A stretch of 64,000 bases of DNA, from assembly GCA_963734495.1 (NCBI GenBank), contig CAVTHK010000010.1, positions 128,001-192,000 of the forward strand, given 5' to 3'. This document shows positions 1-9,348 of the stretch, one piece after another. The notes beneath the pieces are model-generated. The model was not told where the DNA came from, did no database searches, and saw only the letters and a program-made list of their open reading frames with translations. The translations under genes were made by a program, and so were the position numbers. The first letter of the stretch is position 1. Every line of letters begins with the position of its first letter. The DNA comes from an uncultured Spirochaetota bacterium (lineage in GTDB: Bacteria; Spirochaetota; Spirochaetia; SZUA-6; CAVTHK01).

Positions 1-475
1 GGGAGTGGAGGAAGGCGTTGGTGCGGGCCGCCTCGCTGCCTCCCTTGAGGATCACCGCGTTGCCGGACTTGAGCGCGAGCGTCGATATCTGGATCAAGGC
101 GTCCGGCCGCGACTCGAAGATGACCCCGATCAGCCCGATCGGCACCGTCACCTGCTCGAGCTCGAGCCCGCGGTCGAGCTCCGTCCTGCGGAGCACGACC
201 CCGAGCGGGTCGGGGAGCCGCGCCAGATCGCGCACCCCGGCGACCATGCCGTCGATCTTCCGGGGCGAAAGGGCCAGCCTCGCGAGCAGGGCCTGCTTGA
301 GCCCGTCCCGCCGCGCATCCGCGAGATCCGCTTCGTTGGCCGGGAGCAGACGGTCGCTGCTCCCCTCAAGCGCCTCCGCCACGGCCCCGAGCAGCCGGTT
401 GCGCACGGCCCCCGTGGTCGTGGCCAGGCGCAGCCCGGCCTCGCGCGCCGCGCGGGCCTGTCGCTCCGCATCCAC
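1..475 (-). CDS. proA: gamma-glutamyl phosphate reductase (5' part; runs off the window start)
   Basis: Manual minus-strand translation from GTG 475 (not in the ORF track): ...LLPANEADLADARRDGLKQALLARLAL...VRDLARLPDPLG...VTVPIGLIGVIFESRPDALIQISTLALKSGNAVILKGGSEA, classic ProA motifs. Confidence 0.93.
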   Translation of the reverse strand, partial: MDAERQARAAREAGLRLATTTGAVRNRLLGAVAEALEGSSDRLLPANEADLADARRDGLKQALLARLALSPRKIDGMVAGVRDLARLPDPLGVVLRRTELDRGLELEQVTVPIGLIGVIFESRPDALIQISTLALKSGNAVILKGGSEAARTNAFLHS

Positions 476-481
476 GCTGGT

Positions 482-511
482 ATCGTATGGCCGGCCCTGA
501 GCGGGAGTCAA
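482..511 (-). promoter_or_regulatory. sigma70-type promoter of proA, probably leaderless
   Basis: Minus strand TTGACT (511-506), 18 nt, TACGAT (487-482), 6 nt, GTG start; no SD. Confidence 0.6.
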
Positions 512-2178
512 GGCTTGACGACGAGCTGGATGAGCTGGACGAACTGGTACAGCTTCTTGTACACGCCCGCCATCCCCCGGCGGACCGGGGCGCCAAGCTC
601 GCCGTCGAGCTCCCGCCAGTTGAGCACCACCTCGGGGTGCTGCCTGTCGCGGTCCTCGATGAGGGCCTTGAGCCCTCTGGCGAGCGCGACGAGGCTCTTG
701 AGCGCGCCGACGAGAATGTCGTGGGCCTCGTCGTTGATCTCCTGCAGGATCTTGCGCGATGCGGGGGGGACTTTCCCGTGGCGGTCCGCCTTGCGCAGCA
801 CAGCGGCGATCCGAGCGCCCGTGTCCCCCTGCTCTCCGAGATCCGCGTCGAGCTTGAGCAGCCGGTCGCGGCACTGGAGCACGCTGTGGAGGGCCTCGGA
901 CACCGCCTGCGACGCCTCCTTGGACGCCCACTTCCCGCTGATGAGCAGCAGGTCGACCACCGGACGCGCCTCCGCGTCGAAACAGTCCTGGAGGTAGGCG
1001 ATCAGGAAGTTCAGCGGAACGCACATCGTGTATCCGCCCGACATGGTGCGCTTGAGCTCCGCGTTGGAACGCTCGGCGTAGTTGAGCAGCCGCTGGGAAG
1101 GGGGCGTCCCGAAGACCGCCCGGGCGAGCGAGTCGATCCGGCGGCCGCGATTGTCGCTGACCACGCGCTTGAGGGCCGCGTCGACCTGCGTCCGGAACTT
1201 CTGCAGGTACGCGTCCACGATGCGCTCGTTGTGCACGGCCGGGCGGGGCCGGTACGCCGGGTCCCCCTCCGCGTGCTTGATGATGAGCTCGAGCAGGCGG
1301 GACCGCTTGAGCTGGTTGAGAGCGCCCACGACGCGTTTCCAGCCGTCGCGCGACACGATCTCGACGTCGCGGTAGGTCCGCAGCACGTCGAGCAGCCGCC
1401 CCCAGTCCGCCGTCGTGTCGATCGCCGCGATCCGGTCGCAGAGGTCCCGCAGGTCCTCCACGACGTAGCCGGCGTCCACCGCGTGGAAACGCTCGTTTCC
1501 GCCCGGGCTTCCCTCGATGAGGCTCGCGTCGAACTTGTGGAGGAAGAAGTAGAAGTCGAAATGCACGAGGTCGAGCAGGGCCATCAAGTGGCCGTAGGCG
1601 AGGTTGATGGCGCGCGCTTTTTCCGGATCGAAGCCGGCCACGAAGCCGGCGAGGTCCTCCTCGACCTCGGCGGCCAGGTCCGCGGTCTCGCGGCGGGACC
1701 GCTCCGTGATCGCCTCGTCCTGGAGCGCCGCATACAGCTTTTTCTGCGGCTCGGACAGCGAGCTCTCGATGAGGAGCGTGCGCAGGAGGTTCGACGACTC
1801 GGCCCGTCCGATCAGGCTTCGCGCCGGCGTGAGCACCCTGTAGATGGCGTAAAAGAACGACGCGAGACCGGGAAGGGCCTGCGACTTCCGCGGGTTGTAG
1901 AACTCCTGCCGCACGGATCGCAGCTGCCTCTCGATGAGGTGCAGCTGCCGCCGCTTCTCCCACTCGGGATCGCTCAGGTCGCTGAAGAGCGCCACGAGGC
2001 GCTCGAGAAAGCCTCGCTCCCTGGCGGCTGCCGGCCGGGGCGCATCGCCGGTGTCCTCAACCGCGGGCCGCGGATCCGCGGCCGGACCCGCCTCGCGGGC
2101 GGGGACCGGCCGCGCACCCGCCGCGGAGGCCCGCGCTGCGGCCGGGGCGGCGGCGATTCTGGCTGTCCGGCCCTTCAT
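508..2178 (-). CDS. conserved helical hypothetical protein, DUF5312-like (spirochete family)
   Basis: Long ORF with host-like codon usage; FLERLVALFSDLSDPEWEKRRQL... and VVLNWREL near the C-terminus resemble DUF5312 proteins from memory; start set at ATG 2178 from promoter position. Confidence 0.65.
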   Translation of the reverse strand: MKGRTARIAAAPAAARASAAGARPVPAREAGPAADPRPAVEDTGDAPRPAAARERGFLERLVALFSDLSDPEWEKRRQLHLIERQLRSVRQEFYNPRKSQALPGLASFFYAIYRVLTPARSLIGRAESSNLLRTLLIESSLSEPQKKLYAALQDEAITERSRRETADLAAEVEEDLAGFVAGFDPEKARAINLAYGHLMALLDLVHFDFYFFLHKFDASLIEGSPGGNERFHAVDAGYVVEDLRDLCDRIAAIDTTADWGRLLDVLRTYRDVEIVSRDGWKRVVGALNQLKRSRLLELIIKHAEGDPAYRPRPAVHNERIVDAYLQKFRTQVDAALKRVVSDNRGRRIDSLARAVFGTPPSQRLLNYAERSNAELKRTMSGGYTMCVPLNFLIAYLQDCFDAEARPVVDLLLISGKWASKEASQAVSEALHSVLQCRDRLLKLDADLGEQGDTGARIAAVLRKADRHGKVPPASRKILQEINDEAHDILVGALKSLVALARGLKALIEDRDRQHPEVVLNWRELDGELGAPVRRGMAGVYKKLYQFVQLIQLVVKP

Positions 2179-2185
2179 CGTTCTC

Positions 2186-2214
2186 ATGTTAGGGTGAAAA
2201 CCAGACGATGTCAA
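2186..2214 (-). promoter_or_regulatory. sigma70 promoter of the DUF5312-like gene, probably leaderless
   Basis: Minus strand TTGACA (2214-2209), 17 nt, TAACAT (2191-2186), 7 nt, ATG 2178. Confidence 0.7.
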
Positions 2215-2367
2215 TTTGAGGAGCCGCAGATTTCGGGCTGACAGGCCCTTTCCCCGGCCGTTGAACCTCGCCAAAGCCGGTGACAATGATTCTCCCGCTT
2301 CCGCCGTGGAAAAGCGCGAAGGGTGACGCTATACTTCAACCCAAACGTCAGGAGGAACCCTCTCACA

Positions 2368-3750
2368 ATGAACCGACGACTCGGTCTTGCGCTGCTCGCC
2401 GTTGCGATGGCAGTGGGCGCGGCTGGGGCCGCCTTCGCCCAGGAGGTCTCCAGGAAAAAGGAGATCGCGATCTTCCGCCTGAGCCACTACGACTGGAACA
2501 TCCCGGAGGCCGCCCTGGGGAGCATCGATGAGGAGCTCAAGGCGGTCTTCATCAACCTCGGACGCTTCGACATCGTTGGGATGAGCTACCGGCTCGCCGA
2601 AGGCGACGTCGACCAGTTCATCGGCAAGATCCGCGAGTTCAAGCAGCAGAACGTCAAGATCCCCGACAAGTTCCAGATGGGACAGGAGATCTTCACGGAA
2701 GCGGATATGAACCGCCTGATCGGCTCCTTTATCGTCGTGGTGCCGGCCGTCACTTTCTTCGACGTGCAGCGCGAGGAGAAGAGGGTCGTGACCGGCCGGC
2801 GCGTGATCAGCTTCTCCGCCAGGATCAAGACGTCGTTCACCTTTGTCGACGTCGCCGAGGCGAAGCCGATGGCCCAGTTCTTTGTCGAGACGAGCGGCAG
2901 CGACGAGAACAGGGACCGCGCGGCGCAGAACGCGATCAACGCGATCCCGCAGCGCCTCGAGTTCGAGATCACCAAGATACCCGAGTTCCAGATCAAGACC
3001 GGCGTCCTGGAGAACAACCGGGGCGAGGTCGTGCTGCAGCTCGGCCGCGACATGGGCATCAAGCGCGGCTACGAGTTCTCCCTGGTCAACGAGCGGGTGC
3101 TCTCCTCCGGCCACAAGCTCGACACGGAGGACGGGCTGCTGGTCATCAAGGAAGTCGGCCAGGAGGTGTCGGTGGGGACCGTCCTCTTCGGCAACCCCCA
3201 GGTGGGCGACCAGCTGCGCGAAGTCCCCAGGCTCGGCACCGAGGCGACCCCGTACCTCGATCTGCTCATCAACCCGGGGAGCACCGGCGAAGGCACCTAC
3301 GTGCTCGTGGGCCTCAGCGCGGTTGCCACCAAGGGTTTCTACGACATCCGTCCGCTCGCCGGCCTCGAGCTCCCTCTGCCGATCGCGCCCCAGGGGTCGC
3401 TGCTCCCGCTGATGTGGGCGTTCGGCTTCCCCTTCAACGCGTACGTCGGCGGCGAATACACGGTCTACATGAGGCGGCTGCAGATCCGGCCGCAGGCCGG
3501 CATCGGACTGGGGATGCTCATCCCCTGGGCCGTCAAGACCGAGAACCCGATCGTCACGCACGTCGGCGGCTTCGTGGACCTCAAGGTCTCGTACCTCATG
3601 ACCCGCGACACGGCGCTCAGCGCGGACCTCGGCTACAAGGTGTGGTTCGGGATCTACGACGGGCTGCTCGAGCTGCTCGACCCCGGCGCCACGGGGGCGA
3701 CGACCTACGGCGGCGTACGCCTCGGCGTCGGTGTCAGCCGCAAGCTGTAG
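2368..3750 (+). CDS. exported protein: CsgG/TolB-N-like domain, FlgT-C-like domain and probable C-terminal outer-membrane beta-barrel
   Basis: SD AGGAGG; signal peptide MNRRLGLALLAVAMAVGAAGAAFA|Q; GEVVLQLGRDMGIKRGYEF...GLLVIKEVGQEVSVG...QVGDQL (FlgT-C-like); amphipathic strands ending YGGVRLGVGVSRKL. Confidence 0.65.
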   Translation: MNRRLGLALLAVAMAVGAAGAAFAQEVSRKKEIAIFRLSHYDWNIPEAALGSIDEELKAVFINLGRFDIVGMSYRLAEGDVDQFIGKIREFKQQNVKIPDKFQMGQEIFTEADMNRLIGSFIVVVPAVTFFDVQREEKRVVTGRRVISFSARIKTSFTFVDVAEAKPMAQFFVETSGSDENRDRAAQNAINAIPQRLEFEITKIPEFQIKTGVLENNRGEVVLQLGRDMGIKRGYEFSLVNERVLSSGHKLDTEDGLLVIKEVGQEVSVGTVLFGNPQVGDQLREVPRLGTEATPYLDLLINPGSTGEGTYVLVGLSAVATKGFYDIRPLAGLELPLPIAPQGSLLPLMWAFGFPFNAYVGGEYTVYMRRLQIRPQAGIGLGMLIPWAVKTENPIVTHVGGFVDLKVSYLMTRDTALSADLGYKVWFGIYDGLLELLDPGATGATTYGGVRLGVGVSRKL

Positions 3751-3760
3751 AGGTGTTCCA

Positions 3761-5110
3761 ATGCGTATCATGAGGGGTCTTTTCGCGCCCGGGCTGCTCG
3801 CCGCGGCGCTCCTCGCGGGCTGCGTGTCGACCGACACGGCGACGACCCGGGCCGCGCCCGGGGCGGCGCAGCCGGACCGCAAGGAATACCAGGGGGCAGC
3901 CGAGGCCAAGGGCGACACCTTCCTGGCCGCCAGGAACAAGGCCGTCATGGCCGCCGTGCAGAAGGCGGTGGTCGACATGATCGGCGCGGACCGGGAGAGC
4001 GCGAACCGGAAGAAGCTCGACGAAGTCCTCTACACCACGGCCAACCCCAACACGTACGTCTACGCGGACACGGTGAAGACCGTGCGGCGCGAAACCCGGG
4101 GCGAGGACAACTGGTACTACGAGCTCAGCGTCCAGGTGAACCTCAACGCGGTCCGCAACACGCTGAACGCGAACGGGCTGCTCGGCACGCCGTCGACCGC
4201 GTCAGCGCCCGCCGCGGGCGGAGGCGCGCGCGACGTGGCCAGGGCCGAAGGCGCTGTCGGCGGCGCACCGGGGGCCGTGACCGCGGCTTCTTCGCCGGTG
4301 GCCCCGGCCCCGGCGCCGCTCACACCCGACGAAAAGGCGTTCATCACCCGCTACGTCGACCGCATGACCTACATGGTCTACTACGCCGACGACTCCAGGG
4401 AGGAGCCTCCCTACAAGAAGGCCGCCATCGGCAAGGCCAACGAATACCTCGCGAGCCTGTCGCTGGACACGATCGACGCCGACCAGATCGAGAAGCTCAA
4501 GGAGGACCAGCAGACGGCGTTCGAGGCGCAGTCGGGCCAGTCGGTCTCGGTCATCCAGTACATCGCGCAGCGGCTGAACGCCGACATCTACATCGAGATC
4601 AGCGGCAGGAGCAGCGGCACCACGCAGGCGGGCAAGCACTACGGCGAGGCGAGCGTCGAGCTCAAGGCGTTCGAGGCGTCGACCGGGGTCCTGATGGGCA
4701 GCGCCTCCTTCAACACGCTGGACAAGGCGTTCAGCCAGACCTCCCAGGAGTCCGCGCGGATCAACGCCGTGCAGGGCGCGGTCTACAGGACGATGCCGCG
4801 GCTCCTCGACCAGGTCAAAGCGAACATGGCCAAGTCCCTCGAGCGCGGGCTCCGCTACGAGGTCATCATCCAGAAGCCCCTCGGCGACCGGGCCATGAGC
4901 CGCTTCTGGGACCGGCTGCAGCGCGACGCCAAGGAGATCAAGTCCGTGTCGCAGTCCCCGGACGAAGTCAAGTACTACGTGTGGTACATTGGCACCGTAG
5001 ACGATCTCAAGAGCCTGGTCTACAAGATCACGGACACGGTGCCCGGCCTCGAGAACATGGAGATGGTCCTCACCCGGGGCAAGAGCATCACGTTCAACAC
5101 GAGTCGATAG
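3761..5110 (+). CDS. lipoprotein, FlgT-N/LPP20-like with DUF6175-like domain
   Basis: Lipobox LLAGC; AARNKAVMAAVQKAV...YELSVQVNL N-terminal domain; Ala/Pro linker; alpha/beta C-terminal region. Confidence 0.65.
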   Translation: MRIMRGLFAPGLLAAALLAGCVSTDTATTRAAPGAAQPDRKEYQGAAEAKGDTFLAARNKAVMAAVQKAVVDMIGADRESANRKKLDEVLYTTANPNTYVYADTVKTVRRETRGEDNWYYELSVQVNLNAVRNTLNANGLLGTPSTASAPAAGGGARDVARAEGAVGGAPGAVTAASSPVAPAPAPLTPDEKAFITRYVDRMTYMVYYADDSREEPPYKKAAIGKANEYLASLSLDTIDADQIEKLKEDQQTAFEAQSGQSVSVIQYIAQRLNADIYIEISGRSSGTTQAGKHYGEASVELKAFEASTGVLMGSASFNTLDKAFSQTSQESARINAVQGAVYRTMPRLLDQVKANMAKSLERGLRYEVIIQKPLGDRAMSRFWDRLQRDAKEIKSVSQSPDEVKYYVWYIGTVDDLKSLVYKITDTVPGLENMEMVLTRGKSITFNTSR

Positions 5111-5164
5111 AACCGAACGGGGGCGTTGCCCTCGAGCGAGAAATTGCGCCAGGAGGAATCAAGG

Positions 5165-5800
5165 ATGAAGAGAATCGCCTACCTGCTGATGGCGGCGGTC
5201 GTGCTCTTCGTGGTTGGGTGCGCTTCGGGACCCAAGGAAAAGAAGGCGGAAGTGGCGGTGGCGGCCGCCCCGCAGTACATCATCGTCGACCACAAGACAA
5301 AGGACTTCGGCGGAACGGTGCCCGACTGGGTCACCAAGAGCGCCTCGGAGCTCGAGGCCATGCCCAAGTACAAGGAGACCTACGTCTTTGTCGACGACCA
5401 GATCGGCAAGGACCTCGAAGGGCTCAAGCTGTGGGCGCGCGGCTTCAGCATCGGCAGCCAGATCGCCCGCATCGTCTCGACGCGCGTCGAGGACAAGTTC
5501 ACCGGCGCGGCGGCCGGCGACCGCAACGCGCTCGAGACCTACCTGGAGCAGGTGGTCAAGAGCGTAGCCTCGGCCCAGTACTCCGGCGCCAGGGTCGAGG
5601 AGGACTTCTGGGTCAAGCGGCAGAAGGTCGCGGACAAGAGCGAGGACTACCGCTACCTGTTCCTCGTGACCGTCCCGCGCAAGCAGATCGACGACGCGAT
5701 CGGCCGCGCGCTCAAGGACGCCGACCAGGCGGCCAAGCCCACTCCGGACAAGCAGACCGCCATCAACCGGGTCAAGGAAGCGTTCGACAAGGGGCTCTAG
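5165..5800 (+). CDS. LPP20-like lipoprotein
   Basis: SD AGGAGG; lipobox VVGC; VPDWV motif, SGARVEEDFW...YRYLFLVTVP; strongly biased codon usage. Confidence 0.75.
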   Translation: MKRIAYLLMAAVVLFVVGCASGPKEKKAEVAVAAAPQYIIVDHKTKDFGGTVPDWVTKSASELEAMPKYKETYVFVDDQIGKDLEGLKLWARGFSIGSQIARIVSTRVEDKFTGAAAGDRNALETYLEQVVKSVASAQYSGARVEEDFWVKRQKVADKSEDYRYLFLVTVPRKQIDDAIGRALKDADQAAKPTPDKQTAINRVKEAFDKGL

Positions 5801-5910
5801 AAGCTGTCTTCTCGAGGGGCTCGGGGGCCGCCGCAAGGCGCGCCCGCGAGCCCCGTGCGACTCGTCCGCGAGCGCTCACGGCGCGGGGCCTCGCCCCGAG
5901 AGGTTGCAGG

Positions 5911-7404
5911 ATGACGAGGATCCGTTCGTGCAGGCTCGCGGTCCAGGCGATCGCGGCGCTTGCGTTTCTCGCCGGATGCGCCGGCGGCCCTACTCCGGCC
6001 TCCGGCCAGGCTCCCCCTGACTGGGTGCTCAAGCGCCCCGCCGACGACCCGAGCTACTTCTATTTCGTGGGCTCGGGGACGAGCTCGAAGGGCGACCTGA
6101 GCGAGGCGCGAGCCGCGGCCACCGGCGAGGTCCTCGCCGAGATCATGCGCTACATCGGCGTCACGGTCACCTCCGACACGCAGGCGACCGCCCGCAGCTC
6201 GCTCAACGACTTCCAGGCAAGCATCGAGCAGGTCGTGCGGCAGACCGGGACGGCGCGCGTGGCCGGCCTCGACATCCGCGAAACGTGGACTGATCAGCGG
6301 AAAAAGCCCGCGGCGACGGTGCACATCCTGGCCCGCTACCAGCGCTCGGAGCTGCTCAAGGAGAAACTGCGCATCGAGGCGCTGTTCAAGGAGAGGACCG
6401 ACGCGGTCGACGCTCCCGAACGCGAGGGGGACAGGCTGGCGTCCGCGGGCCGGCCCTTCGACGCCGCGATCCGGCACATGAGCGCGGCCAGGGCCGCGCT
6501 GGACCCCGCGATCGACAACGGCGAGATCAAGTTCAAGCGCAACATCGACAAGGCCAAGGCCGACATCGAGCGCATCTCGCTGGTCAAGCTCAACGACGGG
6601 CTCAAGGGCAAAGCAGGCCAGCCTCTGCCGGAACCTCTCAGGCTCAAGGTCGTCGTCGGAGCCGGCGCGACCGATCCGGGAGTCCCGGACGCCTCGCTGC
6701 AGGTCACGTACCAGGAAGTCAATGCGGCCACGGGCCAGCGGCGCCCCAGGACCGAGCAGGCCAGGACCGACGCGTCAGGGGTCGCGGAGTTCGCACACCC
6801 GGTGCCCGGCTTTGTCGGCGACGGGAGCGCGGTGTTCGCGCTCGACCTGAGCAAGTACACGGACGAGCTTTCCTCGGCGCCGCGCCCCCTGCGCGACCAG
6901 GTCGACGGGCTCGAAGGGCTGATCGCATCGCGCAGGGCCACGTTCCGCTTTTCCGTGGAGTCCGCGGCCGGGTCCGTCCCCATGGGGATCCTCCTGCTGG
7001 ATTACGACGCAGACGGCGGGCTCGTCGGCATGAGGGAGAGCGCCGGCGCCGCGCAGGCGGCGCTGTCCGGGTACACGATCCGGGGCCTGACGTTCACGCC
7101 GGCCGAAGTCGCCGACAAGAACACGAACGAGCTCGCCGCTCTGGCAAAGAGCCGGTTCGGAAGCCAGATCGAGAGGCTGGTGCTCGGCCAGGTCCGCATC
7201 GCGGAGATCGGACCCAGGAGCGGCAGGATCTTCGCGAGGGCTGCCGCGGACATCCAGGTCCTCGACCTGGGCTCCGGCGCCGTGCTCTACTCGGGATCGA
7301 GGGAAAAGCTCGCCATGGGCGTCACGAACCAGGCTGCCCAGACGCAGGCGTTCCGCGACATCGGGCGCGACCTCGGCAACGAAGTCAAGAACGCCCTCAA
7401 GTGA
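5911..7404 (+). CDS. LPP20-domain lipoprotein with Ig-like and TolB-N-like C-terminal regions
   Basis: Lipobox LAGC; PPDWV...YFYFVGSG...ARAAATGEVLAEI LPP20 signature; ARTDASGVAEF Ig-like motif. Confidence 0.75.
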   Translation: MTRIRSCRLAVQAIAALAFLAGCAGGPTPASGQAPPDWVLKRPADDPSYFYFVGSGTSSKGDLSEARAAATGEVLAEIMRYIGVTVTSDTQATARSSLNDFQASIEQVVRQTGTARVAGLDIRETWTDQRKKPAATVHILARYQRSELLKEKLRIEALFKERTDAVDAPEREGDRLASAGRPFDAAIRHMSAARAALDPAIDNGEIKFKRNIDKAKADIERISLVKLNDGLKGKAGQPLPEPLRLKVVVGAGATDPGVPDASLQVTYQEVNAATGQRRPRTEQARTDASGVAEFAHPVPGFVGDGSAVFALDLSKYTDELSSAPRPLRDQVDGLEGLIASRRATFRFSVESAAGSVPMGILLLDYDADGGLVGMRESAGAAQAALSGYTIRGLTFTPAEVADKNTNELAALAKSRFGSQIERLVLGQVRIAEIGPRSGRIFARAAADIQVLDLGSGAVLYSGSREKLAMGVTNQAAQTQAFRDIGRDLGNEVKNALK

Positions 7405-7448
7405 TCCTGCGGCCCGCGAGCTCCGCGGGCAGCCGGCGCGGAGCAGCC

Positions 7449-7904
7449 TCAGCGGGGTGGCCGCTTCTTGAGCGCGTCGAGATCGGAATCGGTCTGCGCG
7501 GAGGCGAGCTTCGCCTCGACGTTCCCCTGCTCGCCCACCAGCATCTCCAGCTCGGCCTCGAGCTTCTCCGAATCGACTGAACGCTCGATCCCGCCGTGGA
7601 TCTTGAGCTTGAGCTTTTCCTTGAGCGCCGACGTCTGAGCGCGGAGCCGCGTCTCCTCCGCCTCGGCTTCCGCGAGCCGCGGCTGGAGGGCCGCCGCCTT
7701 TGCGTCGGCCGCGGCCGCCAGGTCTTCGCGCCCCTTGGAGCGGGCGAGGGCGGCGCGATCCGTCCACAACCGGACCTCCGCGGCGAGCCGGCCCTTCCGC
7801 TGCTCCGTCTCCTTGAGCGTCCGCACGAAGGCCAGCACGTATTCGCGCGCGCCGCGCACGTCGAGACCGCTCAGGTCCAGGTCGTCCGGTGTCGAGTCGG
7901 CCAT
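7449..7904 (-). CDS. PspA/IM30-like coiled-coil protein
   Basis: SD AAGGAG; LWTDRAALARSKGREDLAAAA and terminal DSDLDALKKR resemble PspA motifs; about 150 aa, shorter than canonical PspA. Confidence 0.6.
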   Translation of the reverse strand: MADSTPDDLDLSGLDVRGAREYVLAFVRTLKETEQRKGRLAAEVRLWTDRAALARSKGREDLAAAADAKAAALQPRLAEAEAEETRLRAQTSALKEKLKLKIHGGIERSVDSEKLEAELEMLVGEQGNVEAKLASAQTDSDLDALKKRPPR

Positions 7905-7970
7905 GGCAACTCTCCTTGCGTTTCTATTATACACGCGGCCCTCCATCGCGGGATACGGGCGCACCGTCTC

Positions 7971-8000
7971 TTGCCCGCGAGCCGCCGTTTCCGCTATCCT
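7971..8000 (+). promoter_or_regulatory. sigma70 promoter of the mnmE operon, probably leaderless
   Basis: TTGCCC (7971-76), 18 nt, TATCCT (7995-8000), 7 nt, ATG 8008. Confidence 0.55.
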
Positions 8001-8007
8001 CGCTGGC

Positions 8008-9348
8008 ATGGAGGCGGCCTCGGACCCGATTGCTGCTCTGGCCACGCCGCGCGGCGAAAGCGCTCTCGCGGTCATCCGCGCCTCGGGCACCGGATGCCTC
8101 GCGCTGCTCGCGCCCCTGTTCCGCGGCCGCACCGACCTGCGCGCGTCGCGCTCGCACACCCTGCATCACGGCGCTCTGCACGACGACGGCGAGCCGATCG
8201 ACGAGGTCGTGCTCGGCGTCTTCCGCGCCCCCAGCAGCTACACCGGCGAGGAAGCCGCCGAGATCTACTGCCACGGCGGGCCTGCGGTGGTGCGGAGGCT
8301 CCTGCGCCTGCTCGAGGCGCACGGCTTCCGCCCCGCCGAGCCGGGCGAGTTCACGCTGCGGGCGTTCCTCAACGGCAAGATGGACCTCACGCGGGCGGAG
8401 GCCGTCAACGACGTGATCCGCGCCCGCACCGACCGCGCCCGGGCGCTCGCGCTCACGCGCCTCGGCGGCGGCATCGAGCGCCGGATCGACGAGGCCAAGG
8501 ACCGTCTGATCGACGCGCGGGCCGCGATCGAGGCGAGGATCGAGTACCCCGACGAAGAGGATCCGGGCGAGCCGGTCGCCGAACGCGAGATCGGCGAGGT
8601 CGAAGCGTCGCTCGAAGCTCTGCTCGCGAGCTACCGCATCGGGAGGCTGGTGCAGGACGGTCTCGTGGCCGTCATCGCCGGGCGGCCGAACGCGGGCAAG
8701 TCGACGCTCTTCAACCTGCTGCTGCGCGAGGAGCGCGCCATCGTCTCAGAGACCCCCGGCACGACTCGCGACGCCATCGAGGGGGCGCTCGACGTGGCAG
8801 GCGTGCCGGTACGGCTGCTCGACACGGCCGGCTTGCGGGCTCCCCGCGACGAGGTCGAAAGCGAGGGTATTCGCCGCACGGAGCGGGCGATGGACGCGGC
8901 GGCCGTCGTCCTCTACGTGGTCGACGCTTCCGCGGGCGCGAGCGCGGACGATCTCGCGGCGATCGCGGCGCTCGGGGCGCGCGCGCTCCCGGTGTGGAAC
9001 AAGATCGACCTGGCGGCGGCAGCGCCGCCCGAAGGGTTCTTCGGGGTGAGCGCGCGCAGCGGCGCGGGGATGGGCGCGCTCCAGGCCGCCTTCGCCCGCA
9101 GGGTCGACGGATCAGGCGGCGGCGAGGCGGACGAGGCGGTGATCGAATCCGAGCGGCAGCGGGACAGGCTCCAGAGCGCCCTCGCCGCTCTGCGGCGCCT
9201 GCACGGGGCGATCGCGGGCTCGCTCCCCTTCGACGTGGTCGCCTTTGAGCTCGACGAAGCGCTGCACGCCCTCGGCGAGATCACCGGGGAGGTGACCTCC
9301 GACGACGTCCTGCGCCGCATGTTCTCGCGGTTCTGCGTGGGCAAGTAG
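8008..9348 (+). CDS. mnmE: tRNA modification GTPase MnmE
   Basis: DPIAALATP, SYTGEEAAEIYCHGG, GEFTLRAFLNGKMDL, GRPNAGKS, GTTRD, DTAG, NKID, terminal FCVGK. Confidence 0.98.
   Translation: MEAASDPIAALATPRGESALAVIRASGTGCLALLAPLFRGRTDLRASRSHTLHHGALHDDGEPIDEVVLGVFRAPSSYTGEEAAEIYCHGGPAVVRRLLRLLEAHGFRPAEPGEFTLRAFLNGKMDLTRAEAVNDVIRARTDRARALALTRLGGGIERRIDEAKDRLIDARAAIEARIEYPDEEDPGEPVAEREIGEVEASLEALLASYRIGRLVQDGLVAVIAGRPNAGKSTLFNLLLREERAIVSETPGTTRDAIEGALDVAGVPVRLLDTAGLRAPRDEVESEGIRRTERAMDAAAVVLYVVDASAGASADDLAAIAALGARALPVWNKIDLAAAAPPEGFFGVSARSGAGMGALQAAFARRVDGSGGGEADEAVIESERQRDRLQSALAALRRLHGAIAGSLPFDVVAFELDEALHALGEITGEVTSDDVLRRMFSRFCVGK

Noticed and set aside
5..2241. Long plus-strand ORFs here, and the many similar Arg/Pro/Gly-rich or antisense ORFs across the window
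   Set aside because: Shadow ORFs expected in high-GC DNA opposite or overlapping real genes; no recognisable motifs
4981..7404. 807-aa ORF
   Set aside because: The N-terminal 310 aa are an off-frame shadow of the neighbouring genes; the real start is ATG 5911 with a lipoprotein signal
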